Positions 34,706 to 43,572 of a stretch of DNA of 64,000 nucleotides are shown piece by piece (the stretch's first letter is position 1; each line of letters starts with the position of its first letter). The position numbers and the translations under genes are program-made. Location: the NCBI GenBank assembly GCA_002347155.1, contig DDXO01000025.1:10853-74852 (forward strand). The letters are read 5' to 3'. The notes under the pieces were generated by a model, which was not told where the DNA came from, did not search any database, and worked only from the letters and a program-made list of their open reading frames with translations. The stretch is from a candidate division WOR-3 bacterium UBA2258 (lineage in GTDB: Bacteria; Hydrothermota; Tepidihabitantia; Tepidihabitantales; Tepidihabitantaceae).

Positions 34706-35335
34706 ATGAGCCTCTCCCCTGACCCCTGGGTCTGGATCGCGGCCATACTTACTCTGGCCGTCTTCTCTTTCCTCTACCGCGAGAATCCCTTCTATCGCGC
34801 GGCCGAGCACCTCTTCGTCGGCGTGTCTAACGGCTACTTCATCACCTTCACCTGGCACCGAATTCTCGTCCCGAGCCTCATCGACCCGGTCGGCCACGGC
34901 CAGAAGCTCTGGCTGATTGCGGTCGCCTTTGTCGGCGCGCTCTACTTCACCCGATTCATCCCGAAGATCTCGTGGCTGGTCCGGATACCGATCGCCATCT
35001 TTCTGGGCTACGGTTCCGGCATGTCGCTGCTGCGGTCGATTGAGGCGGGAATCATCGAGCAGGTCAAGGCGACAGTCGTCACCCGCGCGATGTTCGCCAA
35101 CTGGCAGACCGGACTCTGGGCGATCATCATCCTCATCGGCGTCATCTGCACGGTCACCTACTTCTTCTTCTCGGCCGAGCGCAAGGGCGTACTCAAACCG
35201 GTCAGCTACGCCGGCATCGTATTCGTCATGGTCGGGTTCGGCGCGTCGTTCGGTTACACCGTAATGGCCCGCATCTCTCTCTTCATCGGCCGACTCCAGT
35301 TCCTCCTGGGCGACTGGCTGGGGCTAATCAGGTAA
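34706..35335 (+). CDS. Polytopic membrane protein, function unknown
   Basis: ATG 34706 after GGAGG (MSLSPDPWVWIAAILTLAVF). The upstream part of ORF 34616 is heptad repeat. Confidence 0.7.
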   Translation: MSLSPDPWVWIAAILTLAVFSFLYRENPFYRAAEHLFVGVSNGYFITFTWHRILVPSLIDPVGHGQKLWLIAVAFVGALYFTRFIPKISWLVRIPIAIFLGYGSGMSLLRSIEAGIIEQVKATVVTRAMFANWQTGLWAIIILIGVICTVTYFFFSAERKGVLKPVSYAGIVFVMVGFGASFGYTVMARISLFIGRLQFLLGDWLGLIR

Positions 35336-35356
35336 GGTACCAGTAACCAGGTACCA

Positions 35357-35776
35357 GTGACCAGTCAGCGGAACCGGACAGGCGCTGGTTCGGCGGCCGG
35401 GAAGACGCGGCAGGACCTAGTTGAGAGAACTTCGCGGTTTGGCGTGGATGTCATCACCTTCGCACGAACAGTCAAAGCTGACGCCGTAACGCGTCCGCTC
35501 GTCTCTCAATTGGTTCGGGCGGCGACGAGCGTCGGGGCTAACTACTCAGAGGCGAACGAAGCCGAATCGCGCCTCGACTTCAAGCACAAGATCAGCATCT
35601 GCGCGAAAGAGGCGCGCGAAACTCAGCACTGGTTGCACATGCTCGCGGCCGCATACCCTGAACACAAAACCAGGGCGCGCGGCCTGTGGTCAGAAGCCAA
35701 GGAGTTAACCCTCATCTTCGGTGCCATCGTCCGTTCCTGCCGGACCCCGCGCGACGAGACGGACAACAGAACCTGA
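35357..35776 (+). CDS. Four-helix-bundle protein (23S rRNA intervening-sequence protein family)
   Basis: QLVRAATSVGANYSEANEAESRLDFKHKISICAKEARETQHWLHML is characteristic of this family. Confidence 0.8.
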   Translation: MTSQRNRTGAGSAAGKTRQDLVERTSRFGVDVITFARTVKADAVTRPLVSQLVRAATSVGANYSEANEAESRLDFKHKISICAKEARETQHWLHMLAAAYPEHKTRARGLWSEAKELTLIFGAIVRSCRTPRDETDNRT

Positions 35777-35841
35777 GCGGCCGGACCGTCACGGTCCGCT
35801 ACTGGAAACTGGACACTGGAGACTGGTACCTGCGCGCGACC

Positions 35842-36378
35842 CTAGTCGCGCAGGTAGGCTCTCCAGCAGAACACGGCCCCGCCCGCCGTCACAAGCAGGC
35901 CAAGACCTACTACTGCCGCCGCTGCTATCCCGGCACTCTGCATCGTCAGTGCGGGCAGGGTTACGCTGACGGGTACATAGCGCCCGAGCAGTCCCGCAAT
36001 TCCGCGCTCGAGCGGGGTGCGGAAGAGCCAAACGGCGCCGGCGAGCAGCGGCGCCAGAGCCAGCGACCACCACGGGCTGAACACGAACACGCGCTGCCTC
36101 GGCAAAGACCGCATCACCTTCTCGCTGAATCCCGGCTGCGGGTCCAGCACCGGCTGATGATCAAGGGTTGAGACGACAGCAGTCATTAACGCCAACTCAT
36201 GCTGGCACTCTCCGCACTCAACCAGGTGGGCGTCGAACAGCCGCCGGCTCTCCGGTTCCAGTTCGCGCGTCACATAGTCCTGTAACCGGCTCCGCAGAAG
36301 TTCACAGCCCGCACCGCTTCCGCTTCTCTCTATCCCTCTGTCCCTCTGTCCCTCTGTCCCTTTCTCTCTCATTGCCAC
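35842..36378 (-). CDS. Anti-sigma factor (zf-HC2 type) with C-terminal TM segments
   Basis: CELLRSRLQDYVTRELEPESRRLFDAHLVECGECQHEL (HX3CX2C). It overlaps the stop of the upstream sigma gene. The N-terminal codons are encoded by an 8-mer repeat. Confidence 0.8.
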   Translation of the reverse strand: MAMREKGTEGQRDRGIERSGSGAGCELLRSRLQDYVTRELEPESRRLFDAHLVECGECQHELALMTAVVSTLDHQPVLDPQPGFSEKVMRSLPRQRVFVFSPWWSLALAPLLAGAVWLFRTPLERGIAGLLGRYVPVSVTLPALTMQSAGIAAAAVVGLGLLVTAGGAVFCWRAYLRD

Positions 36379-36935
36379 ATCACCTCTTTCAGGTTATCCC
36401 ATCCGACCCGCTCCAGGAGCCGCGTCTTCAGCACGGCCCGGGCGCGGTGGATATGAGCCTTGATTGTGCCCATCGGCTTGTGGGTCAGCTTCGCAATCTC
36501 CTCATAAGACAGGCCGTTGAAATGATAGAGCGTCAGCGCGGCGCGGTAGTCATCCGGCAGCTTGCTGACCTCCTCCTGTATCGTCGCCTGGATGTCCCGG
36601 TTGCGGAACTCCTGAACCGGGCCCTCGACCGGCACACCCATCGCCTCGTCTAGCTCCACCTCGGGCTTTCGCTTCCGCAGCTCGCTGATGCAGGTATTAT
36701 AGCAGATGCGGTAGAGCCACGACGAGAACTTGGATTCGCCCTTGAAGCCGGGCAGGGCGGCCCACGCCTTGATGAAAGACTCCTGGGCCGCGTCCTCGGC
36801 CCGTCCCGGGTCCTTCATCAACCGGCGTGACATTGAATACAGCATTCCTTTGTAGCGTTCGACCAGCACCCCAAACGCCTGTTCGTCGCCCCGCGCTGAG
36901 CGGCTCACCAGGACATCTTCGGATGCAGTCTCCAT
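36369..36935 (-). CDS. ECF-type RNA polymerase sigma factor
   Basis: 188 aa. Region 2 (FSSWLYRICYNTCISELRKR) and region 4 (YRAALTLYHFNGLSYEEIAKLTHKPMGTIKAHIHRAR). Confidence 0.9.
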   Translation of the reverse strand: METASEDVLVSRSARGDEQAFGVLVERYKGMLYSMSRRLMKDPGRAEDAAQESFIKAWAALPGFKGESKFSSWLYRICYNTCISELRKRKPEVELDEAMGVPVEGPVQEFRNRDIQATIQEEVSKLPDDYRAALTLYHFNGLSYEEIAKLTHKPMGTIKAHIHRARAVLKTRLLERVGWDNLKEVMWQ

Positions 36936-37018
36936 CTGTCTCTACATAGGACGTCGGTCTGCCTCGAATGTTACACCCGGCGCAACAAACAAGCAAGCAG
37001 CGACGTCAAACCGGCGAC

Positions 37019-37261
37019 ATGCAGCAAACGAAGCTACGAGAAAGACTTGTGGAGGTCGGCCTCCTGAGCACGCTGGTCCTGCTCGGGACTTTCGTCGTCC
37101 TCGGCGTAACCGCGCCCAAGACAGACCGTGGCGCGGCCGGCGTGATGCCGGAGATAGTCTGCACCGCCGACCGGGCCAGCTTCATTGTAGAAGAAATCGT
37201 AATCCGCGCGTCGCGTCCAAGCGCAGGCGCGTTCGCGCAGTTGTCGGGAATCAACAAGTGA
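37019..37261 (+). CDS. Small hypothetical membrane-anchored protein
   Basis: MQQTKLRERLVEVGLLSTLVLLGTFVVLGV is a single TM helix. Divergent from the ECF sigma gene. Weak evidence. Confidence 0.4.
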   Translation: MQQTKLRERLVEVGLLSTLVLLGTFVVLGVTAPKTDRGAAGVMPEIVCTADRASFIVEEIVIRASRPSAGAFAQLSGINK

Positions 37262-37273
37262 GAGGAGCCTGAC

Positions 37274-37696
37274 ATGACCCCATCTGCCTTCCTGGATTCG
37301 GCGACCGGAATCGTGGTCGTCACGCTGATATTCGCGCCAGCAATACTCGCCATCATCGCCATTCTGGCAATCGTTCTTGCGGTCGTAAGCCGGCGCCACA
37401 AGGAACGCATGAAGATGATAGAACAAGGCATGGTGCCGCCTCCGCCCCGCCAGCAGAAGGGCAACTACTACGGCCTGCTTATCACCGGAGCGATACTCTT
37501 TGCCTTCGGGCTCGCCCTGTTCGCGGGCGAGATGGCCGGGCAGGGCAGGGACTACACCGGCGGATTCATCTTCGGGTTCATCGGTCTCGCCATGCTCGCC
37601 TGCTTCGCCATCATCCGCGTAGCTCGCAAGAACGAGCAAACCGAGAGGACCAACGAGTACCAGCCCCCGCCTGCGCCATTGCCACCGCAGCCCTAA
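37274..37696 (+). CDS. Hypothetical membrane protein with Pro-rich C-terminus
   Basis: 140 aa with three hydrophobic helices. GAGGAG SD upstream. Confidence 0.6.
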   Translation: MTPSAFLDSATGIVVVTLIFAPAILAIIAILAIVLAVVSRRHKERMKMIEQGMVPPPPRQQKGNYYGLLITGAILFAFGLALFAGEMAGQGRDYTGGFIFGFIGLAMLACFAIIRVARKNEQTERTNEYQPPPAPLPPQP

Positions 37697-37718
37697 AACA
37701 CAAGACCTGGACACACAC

Positions 37719-37738
37719 GGGGCGGCTTCTGCCGCCCC
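37719..37738 (+). terminator. GC-rich stem-loop terminator
   Basis: GGGGCGGC-TTCT-GCCGCCCC, 23 nt after the stop at 37696. Confidence 0.6.
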
Positions 37739-37975
37739 GCTGCTCGTCCTGCGCGACCGCCATCACCCGTCACCCATTGGTGCATCTCGCGTTCGCAGGC
37801 AAGCACCCGACGCGGTGCTATTGGCCGCTGGTTGTCAGCAGTGAACCGTCTGCGGTGGTCAGGTTGAAAGGACGAATCAAATGGAGCACTGCAGTCGGGA
37901 AGTATGAGGCCTTGCCGGACAAGGTTCAGGCATCCTAGCAAGTCATGGTCTTGACTCACGGCTCAGGCGCGTATG

Positions 37976-38332
37976 CTACTCGCCGTGGATGCGAACTTGG
38001 TGCTCTTCCACAATCCAGAGTCGTCCGGTGACTGCCTCGCTCGTGAGCAGTCGGATGATACGGGCAATCACCCTCAGGACTCTGGCCTTGTCCTGCCTTG
38101 TCAGACGGAGTACGACGAAACCCGGGTAGCGGTCGGGCGGATAAGCCTGAATGTCCGCGAAATCAAGGTCAAGCGTGACCAGCACGCGACCTTCGCGCTG
38201 GCACACCGACCCGATCGTCGTGTCCACAGAACCGCTCAGTCGCTGCTCGCCGACCGTCACTGCTTCGTGTCCGGCAGCCCGCAGCAGGTCTGCCGCCTCG
38301 GTCGGGAGGTTCTCGTCGGTCTTGAACTTCAT
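37976..38332 (-). CDS. DUF5615-family PIN-like putative toxin
   Basis: MKFKTDENLPTEAADLLRAAGHEAVTV... is typical of DUF5615. It lies 9 nt downstream of its DUF433 partner. Confidence 0.8.
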   Translation of the reverse strand: MKFKTDENLPTEAADLLRAAGHEAVTVGEQRLSGSVDTTIGSVCQREGRVLVTLDLDFADIQAYPPDRYPGFVVLRLTRQDKARVLRVIARIIRLLTSEAVTGRLWIVEEHQVRIHGE

Positions 38333-38340
38333 CCGCCGGC

Positions 38341-38598
<258 letters not shown>

Positions 38599-38763
38599 TC
38601 AAGCCGACGCGGACGGACCCACTAGCGCAGCGGGACGTACGGAGCGGAGTCTTCCTCCAAAGCCGCCAAGGCCGGGGTCGTTCACTGGAAACTGAGAACT
38701 GGCACCGGGAGACACGCGGCTGCCGGCTTCAACCATTGGCCGTCAGATGTCAGCCGTGAACCG

Positions 38764-39054
38764 TCAGCGGTCGCTGGATGCAGACAACGGGTCGAGCGGA
38801 GCTATGCAGCCGGGAGGGATGCGGCCATCCCTAATCAGGTCCTCGGCATCCTGGCGAGTCGTAATCCGGGGTATTTCGTGACACTCGGTAGCCACAACTT
38901 GCCCCTCACTGTTTCGCTTGTGCATCAACATGAAGACCGAGCAGGTCAGTCTCACAGTCTCGTTCGGGTTCTGTTCGATCACGTGGTGGAGTTCAGGATC
39001 ATCAGACTGACTCACCGCCGCCGAGGCCGATAGATCGGATTCCATCGCGGACAT
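38764..39054 (-). CDS. Hypothetical protein (island orphan)
   Basis: 96 aa ORF. Its first codons (ATGTCCGCGATG) are the conserved leader of the repeated island promoter cassette. Confidence 0.45.
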   Translation of the reverse strand: MSAMESDLSASAAVSQSDDPELHHVIEQNPNETVRLTCSVFMLMHKRNSEGQVVATECHEIPRITTRQDAEDLIRDGRIPPGCIAPLDPLSASSDR

Positions 39055-39088
39055 GGTGGTACATCTCGCCGACGTTCCTGTTTGTCCC

Positions 39089-39490
39089 TCAATCCACGAC
39101 CACGAGTCCTGCCCGTTTCACGTAGTCCTGGATGTCGCAATCGCTGATTGCCTGCAAGAGTTCGCAGTCGAGACGACTCACTTTGCCGGGTGCCGTTTCC
39201 ACAGGAACGCGGCCGTGGTCGTTGTCTACGGACCAACATCCGAACACATGCACCAACGTTCCGGCGTACCAGATTTCGTGCTCCCAGAACAGACCGCTTG
39301 AGCCCATTATCTTGGCCGTCCACTCCGGCGGCGTTCGTCTGCGTGACCATTCGTCCGGATGACTGACTACCCTGACATTCAGGTCACTCTTGAGAACCAA
39401 TGTCAGGTCCCCGCTACGTGGGGCACGTATCCAGTCGTTACGGGTATAAGAGGACTTCCTGACTTCTGCGATCAGTTCGTCGTACTTCAT
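39089..39490 (-). CDS. Hypothetical protein (island orphan)
   Basis: 133 aa. ATG preceded by GAAGGAG. No recognisable motif. Confidence 0.6.
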   Translation of the reverse strand: MKYDELIAEVRKSSYTRNDWIRAPRSGDLTLVLKSDLNVRVVSHPDEWSRRRTPPEWTAKIMGSSGLFWEHEIWYAGTLVHVFGCWSVDNDHGRVPVETAPGKVSRLDCELLQAISDCDIQDYVKRAGLVVVD

Positions 39491-39556
39491 ACTGACTCCT
39501 TCGAGGCTGGCAGCGACCCGCCGCCTGATGACTTCTGGGACTGCCGGTCTGGCACG

Positions 39557-40399
39557 CTAAAGTCCATTCCGTTCTTGCTTCCTGCGAGCGTTGTCCGAGG
39601 CGGTTCGGAACGTCATGACCACACGCTCGGCGACTTTGCCTATTTCGTCGGCAGTGAGATGAGGAAACTGCCCCGTGTCCTGTTGGTCGTCATATGGCTC
39701 GAAGAAGTCCGACGGAGCCACGTCATCTTCAACGAGGAACCCCCATGCTTTCTGCGAAAGATACGCCTCGCGGTGGGCGGCGTTATACAAGGCCAGCGCG
39801 AGGTGTGCCAGAGGCAGTCCCGTCGGAAGACACTCAGCGCGCCCCACCACTATGTCGTTGACTCTCTCCGCGAACCGCAGCATGGATTTGGGCCCGACAT
39901 CTTGGCAGTCCATCATGCAGTCCATCGCTTCCTCCAAGCGGACCATGGCGGACTCCGCTTCTCGCGCGCTGCTATCGATGACCGACGGCTGCTTCGGTTC
40001 GGTCAGTGCGGCCTCGTTCCGGAACCGCGGGACACCGTGAGCAAGGAGGCTGGCGGTGCAAGCAAGGCTCCACCGTAGGTCGGCGAGAACGTGTTCGAGT
40101 CGGCCCTTCTGCACGACGACCTTCACGGAACTCGCACCCGTGTATACGAAATAGGCACCGTATGAATGCAACCAGAGGATACGTTCGGCCGGAACTGACT
40201 GGCCCCAATACGCCAGTACGTCCTTTGCGGCGGTAGCGCAGGACCCAACAGATTCGGCAAGTGGCCCGGCGGCCAACCAAGAAGGTGTTGCCACAGGGAG
40301 GCTGCCCTCACGTATCATTCGCACCTCTTCGTCGGTGAGCACCCCTTGGAGCGCAGCCCAGCCGTCTGGTGATATGGTAGCAGGGACAAAGGACGGCAA
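39557..40399 (-). CDS. Hypothetical protein (island orphan)
   Basis: 280 aa. TTG start preceded by GAGGAG. It lies downstream of promoter cassette copy 1. Confidence 0.6.
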   Translation of the reverse strand: MPSFVPATISPDGWAALQGVLTDEEVRMIREGSLPVATPSWLAAGPLAESVGSCATAAKDVLAYWGQSVPAERILWLHSYGAYFVYTGASSVKVVVQKGRLEHVLADLRWSLACTASLLAHGVPRFRNEAALTEPKQPSVIDSSAREAESAMVRLEEAMDCMMDCQDVGPKSMLRFAERVNDIVVGRAECLPTGLPLAHLALALYNAAHREAYLSQKAWGFLVEDDVAPSDFFEPYDDQQDTGQFPHLTADEIGKVAERVVMTFRTASDNARRKQERNGL

Positions 40400-40449
40400 G
40401 TCCTTGTCTCCTCTACGTTGAAGCCGATGGTTCGGACTTCATCGCGGAC

Positions 40450-40477
40450 ATGGTAGCGGCCGGGCACATCATGTCAA
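40450..40477 (-). promoter_or_regulatory. Island promoter cassette, copy 1
   Basis: On the minus strand: TTGACA (40477-40472), 16 nt spacer, TACCAT (40455-40450). It sits within a roughly 45-bp block repeated at 42799-42826 and 45109-45136. Confidence 0.6.
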
Positions 40478-40559
40478 ACGTGCGGGCGGGTCGGGACGCG
40501 GCCTCTGCCATTGACGGCACCGCCATATAGGAGACTGTCCCTCATTCCGCCCGGTTTGA

Positions 40560-41159
40560 CTACTCCGTCGCGCCACATTTCCTTAGAAGGTCGACCACAT
40601 CCGCGTGGCCCATCGTAGCAGCGAGAAGCAGCGGGGTGTTCCCGTTGTCGGCCTTCACGTTCACATCTGCACCCTTGGCAACGAGGAGCTCGACCACGTT
40701 CTTGTGGCCGAACGCGGCGGACCAATGTAGCGGCGTCAACCCCGCATTGGTTCTAGCGTTCACGTTGGCACCCTTGGTGACAAGGAGGTCGGCGACAGCG
40801 TCGCGGCCCTTGCGTGCGGCCCAGTGTAACGGGGTCCGACCAGACTTGGTTCTCGCATCCACCTCTGCGCCCGCCACGATGAGGAGCAGAGTCAAGTCCG
40901 TCCGATCCTTCTGGGCGGCATAATGCAGCGGGGTCAGACCTAGGCGATCCGTTGCGTTCACATTGGCACCCTTGGCAATGAGGGCTTCGACCACGTCATA
41001 TTGGCCCTTCACAACAGCCACATGCAGCGTGGAGTATCCGAGGAGGATGCGTGCGTTCATGTCTGCACCGCAACCCGCCCAGACGGCAAACATCAGCGAG
41101 GCCCCCATTACAGCTGCTAGAGGCCTGAGTCTACGTCCGCGCACTACTACTATCGGCAT
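40560..41159 (-). CDS. Ankyrin-repeat lipoprotein
   Basis: ATG 41159 after AGAGGAG, with lipobox-like VWAGC. It has five ankyrin repeats (G.TPLH.AA..G...VV.LL...GA.VN). Confidence 0.8.
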   Translation of the reverse strand: MPIVVVRGRRLRPLAAVMGASLMFAVWAGCGADMNARILLGYSTLHVAVVKGQYDVVEALIAKGANVNATDRLGLTPLHYAAQKDRTDLTLLLIVAGAEVDARTKSGRTPLHWAARKGRDAVADLLVTKGANVNARTNAGLTPLHWSAAFGHKNVVELLVAKGADVNVKADNGNTPLLLAATMGHADVVDLLRKCGATE

Positions 41160-41285
41160 CGCTCTCCTCTCTTTGCGGGCCACCGCCCACCGCGTACAGC
41201 GCAACGGTGGAACACGTCATATCTAACGCGTGGGGAATCTCGGACGTGGTCGTCGTCCATCGACGCCCGCTTTCATATGCCCCAG

Positions 41286-42719
41286 TTACCTGCCCCAGTT
41301 CCTGTACGTGGCTGCGTTCTGGCCAGCTTCGGCACGGAGCTTGGCGTCAAATATGCTGTCATCTCTGACACGCGCGAGAACGGCTGCCACTAAGCGGTTG
41401 TACCTACCTATATCGGCCTCGGAGGCGAAGTAGACGCCTGCCTCCGTGGCGTCATAGGCCCCGCGTCGAGCTAGCAAGAAGACCAATAGGCTGTCAGATG
41501 CTGCGAAGATGCGTCGCTGGAGTTCAAACCTCATCTTGGTCTTGGCGCGCGCCTCCGTGTTCCCTCTGTATCCCGCCATCACATCCCGCTTTGTCGCTTG
41601 CGGAAGGTCCAACCCGGCTAGAGTGCTGTCCATTGCAGCGACACGACGGTCAGCGAGCGTTTCGTACCTGTCCATCACCCCTACAGCCATTCGTAGGCGA
41701 CGTCGGCCCTCCAGTAGTGCGGACTCCGATCCGAACTTGGATGGCGAGAGCAGAGCATCGAGGCCGAGACGCCCGAGTTCGGCGTTCGCGCTCTCCACAT
41801 CACACTGAAACTGGCCTGCGAAGGCATCAATGCACCGCGCGAGCTCCGCGTATTGACCGTAGGTGTCGGCTCCTCCGGAGCTGGGGTTGACCTTGTGCTT
41901 GTCGACCCCGACTGCCTGCGTCACGTCACCCAGGTGCGATATGATCGCCCGTTCGGCAGGGTCGACCGAACTCGACCGCAACTCGGCCAGCGCGGTTGGG
42001 TTGAGACGCAGAACCTCATCTAGGAGCCGCTCGTTGGACGAGTCCACCAAGTAGGTCGCGAATCGGTATGAACCCCACACCAAAAGCCCGATAGATGACC
42101 AGAATATGAGAGTCGCCCAGCGCCTGCGTTTGAACAAGAAACGCCAAGCCAGCACAAGACCTGCAAGTAGCAGTCCGGGCCACAGGAGGGACCCTACGAG
42201 TTGGCCGAGCGAGTAACCGGGGTTCGGGTTTCGTCGGAGCGCGCGACACAGCACCAGTGTGCTGATCAACGTGTTCTCGGTGTCGTGAGGGCCGGCGTGT
42301 GTCTCGTCCAACACTCGAAGCGGCCAAGGCGACGCGAGGTACTCCTTGAGCACCTCGTTTATGGTTGAGTTGCCCGACAAGGAACCCACGGTGGGAGCGC
42401 TCACGAGAAACAGGACTCCGGCGGCCACGAGTACGATGACGCCCGCCCAGCGCATCCAACCCTTGGGACTCTTGTTCGGTTCCGACGTGGAAGTCACCTG
42501 CAGGGTCTTGCGCCCACAGGACGCAGGAGAGCGAGCCACACCGGCCTCGCCTCTCGCACGATGCCACAGTTCTGTCGTGCCGAGCTCGTGCCATTCGTTG
42601 TCACCGAAGACGATTTGAGACTGCACTTGGACGTCCGGTCCCAGCCGACCAGCAGCCACCTCTTCTTCGACTTTGGCGAGAGCAAGCTCTCTGGTTGCTC
42701 CCGAGGTCCTGACAAGCAT
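41286..42719 (-). CDS. Membrane protein with N-terminal GYF_2-like domain, function unknown
   Basis: 477 aa. The N-terminal roughly 55 aa segment (GRLGPDVQVQSQIVFGDNEWHELGTTELW) resembles GYF_2/DUF4339. Four TM helices and a long helical C-terminal domain follow. Confidence 0.65.
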   Translation of the reverse strand: MLVRTSGATRELALAKVEEEVAAGRLGPDVQVQSQIVFGDNEWHELGTTELWHRARGEAGVARSPASCGRKTLQVTSTSEPNKSPKGWMRWAGVIVLVAAGVLFLVSAPTVGSLSGNSTINEVLKEYLASPWPLRVLDETHAGPHDTENTLISTLVLCRALRRNPNPGYSLGQLVGSLLWPGLLLAGLVLAWRFLFKRRRWATLIFWSSIGLLVWGSYRFATYLVDSSNERLLDEVLRLNPTALAELRSSSVDPAERAIISHLGDVTQAVGVDKHKVNPSSGGADTYGQYAELARCIDAFAGQFQCDVESANAELGRLGLDALLSPSKFGSESALLEGRRRLRMAVGVMDRYETLADRRVAAMDSTLAGLDLPQATKRDVMAGYRGNTEARAKTKMRFELQRRIFAASDSLLVFLLARRGAYDATEAGVYFASEADIGRYNRLVAAVLARVRDDSIFDAKLRAEAGQNAATYRNWGR

Positions 42720-42798
42720 CTTACCTCACTCCTTCTCCCTGAGATCTTGGGGTACTTTAGCCGCTGTTTCCGTCAAGGGTCCAGACTCCGTCGCGGAC

Positions 42799-42826
42799 AT
42801 GGTAGCGGTAGGGCGCATCATGTCAA
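42799..42826 (-). promoter_or_regulatory. Island promoter cassette, copy 2
   Basis: TTGACA (42826-42821), 16 nt spacer, TACCAT (42804-42799) on the minus strand. Confidence 0.6.
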
Positions 42827-42917
42827 ACGCACGGGCACCGAGAGAACCGCCTTGGCCCGCGGAGCCTCACACTGCGTCACCGCTTCTCTGCCAGACAGGC
42901 CCGGCCGCCAGTCGCCC

Positions 42918-43187
42918 CTAGCGCTCGAACCGTTTCATCACTCTGTTGACGGACTTCCCGTCGACTTTGACCTTCGCTACGGCCCGGCCATAGACATCCC
43001 TAGCCTGCGTGTCGACGACAACGGCTTTGTTGAGGATGAGCTTCTTGAGCGCTGCTGTGGCCTGCGCCGCGCCCCGTGTTCCGACCTCGGGTGTGTCCAC
43101 ATCGGCCAAACGCACCGGCCTCTTTCTACTCGCCGTCTTGAACGTGTCACCGTCTATAACCTGTGTGACGGTCTCTCTTCTAGGCAT
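42918..43187 (-). CDS. Mini staphylococcal-nuclease (SNase/thermonuclease) homolog
   Basis: ATG 43187 after GGAGGT. VIDGDTF, VRLADVDTPE and DVYGRAVAKV correspond to the SNase OB-fold core with Ca-binding and catalytic positions. Only 89 aa. Confidence 0.7.
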   Translation of the reverse strand: MPRRETVTQVIDGDTFKTASRKRPVRLADVDTPEVGTRGAAQATAALKKLILNKAVVVDTQARDVYGRAVAKVKVDGKSVNRVMKRFER

Positions 43188-43203
43188 AGTACCTCCTGGT
43201 AGG

Positions 43204-43383
43204 CTACCTATTGCACTCGCCGCACTTCGTCTTGGCTTTGCACTCGTTGCAGAGGTCACGACCGCCACCCGAAGCCGGCTTGCTGCTGCGGACATCTGGA
43301 TTTTCCACCAGCGTCGGCCAGTTGGAGCAGTTCGTGCACCAGTGCCATGTATCACTGTTCTTGCGCTTACGGTATTCGGGCAT
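43204..43383 (-). CDS. Small Cys-rich zinc-ribbon protein
   Basis: ATG 43383 after AAAGGAG. MPEYRKRKNSDTWHWCTNCSNWP...CNECKAKTKCGECNR carries two CXXC pairs plus extra Cys residues. Confidence 0.65.
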   Translation of the reverse strand: MPEYRKRKNSDTWHWCTNCSNWPTLVENPDVRSSKPASGGGRDLCNECKAKTKCGECNR

Positions 43384-43572
43384 AGTCAACTCCTTTCGGA
43401 CGGAGGTCTTGGGCACATCCACTTCTGCGGCTTCAAGGACGGCCGTGGGTGCGGATTCCTTAGCGAAGCTAAAGGGCCGCAAGAGGCGCGTCTCGAATCG
43501 GATGGCGCGCGGTGGACGGTGCCGAGTTGCGAAGAACCGCAGCCTACCATCTGAAGACCGCTCATGCTCCGG

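Noticed and set aside
37693-37959. 88-aa minus-strand ORF between the terminator at 37719 and the TA module.
   Set aside because: It overlaps the terminator hairpin and one of the direct repeats. It has no SD and an implausible composition.
39359-40078. 239-aa plus-strand ORF inside the island.
   Set aside because: It is antisense to two minus-strand genes that have good SDs (39089-39490 and 39557-40399). It has no initiation signals of its own.
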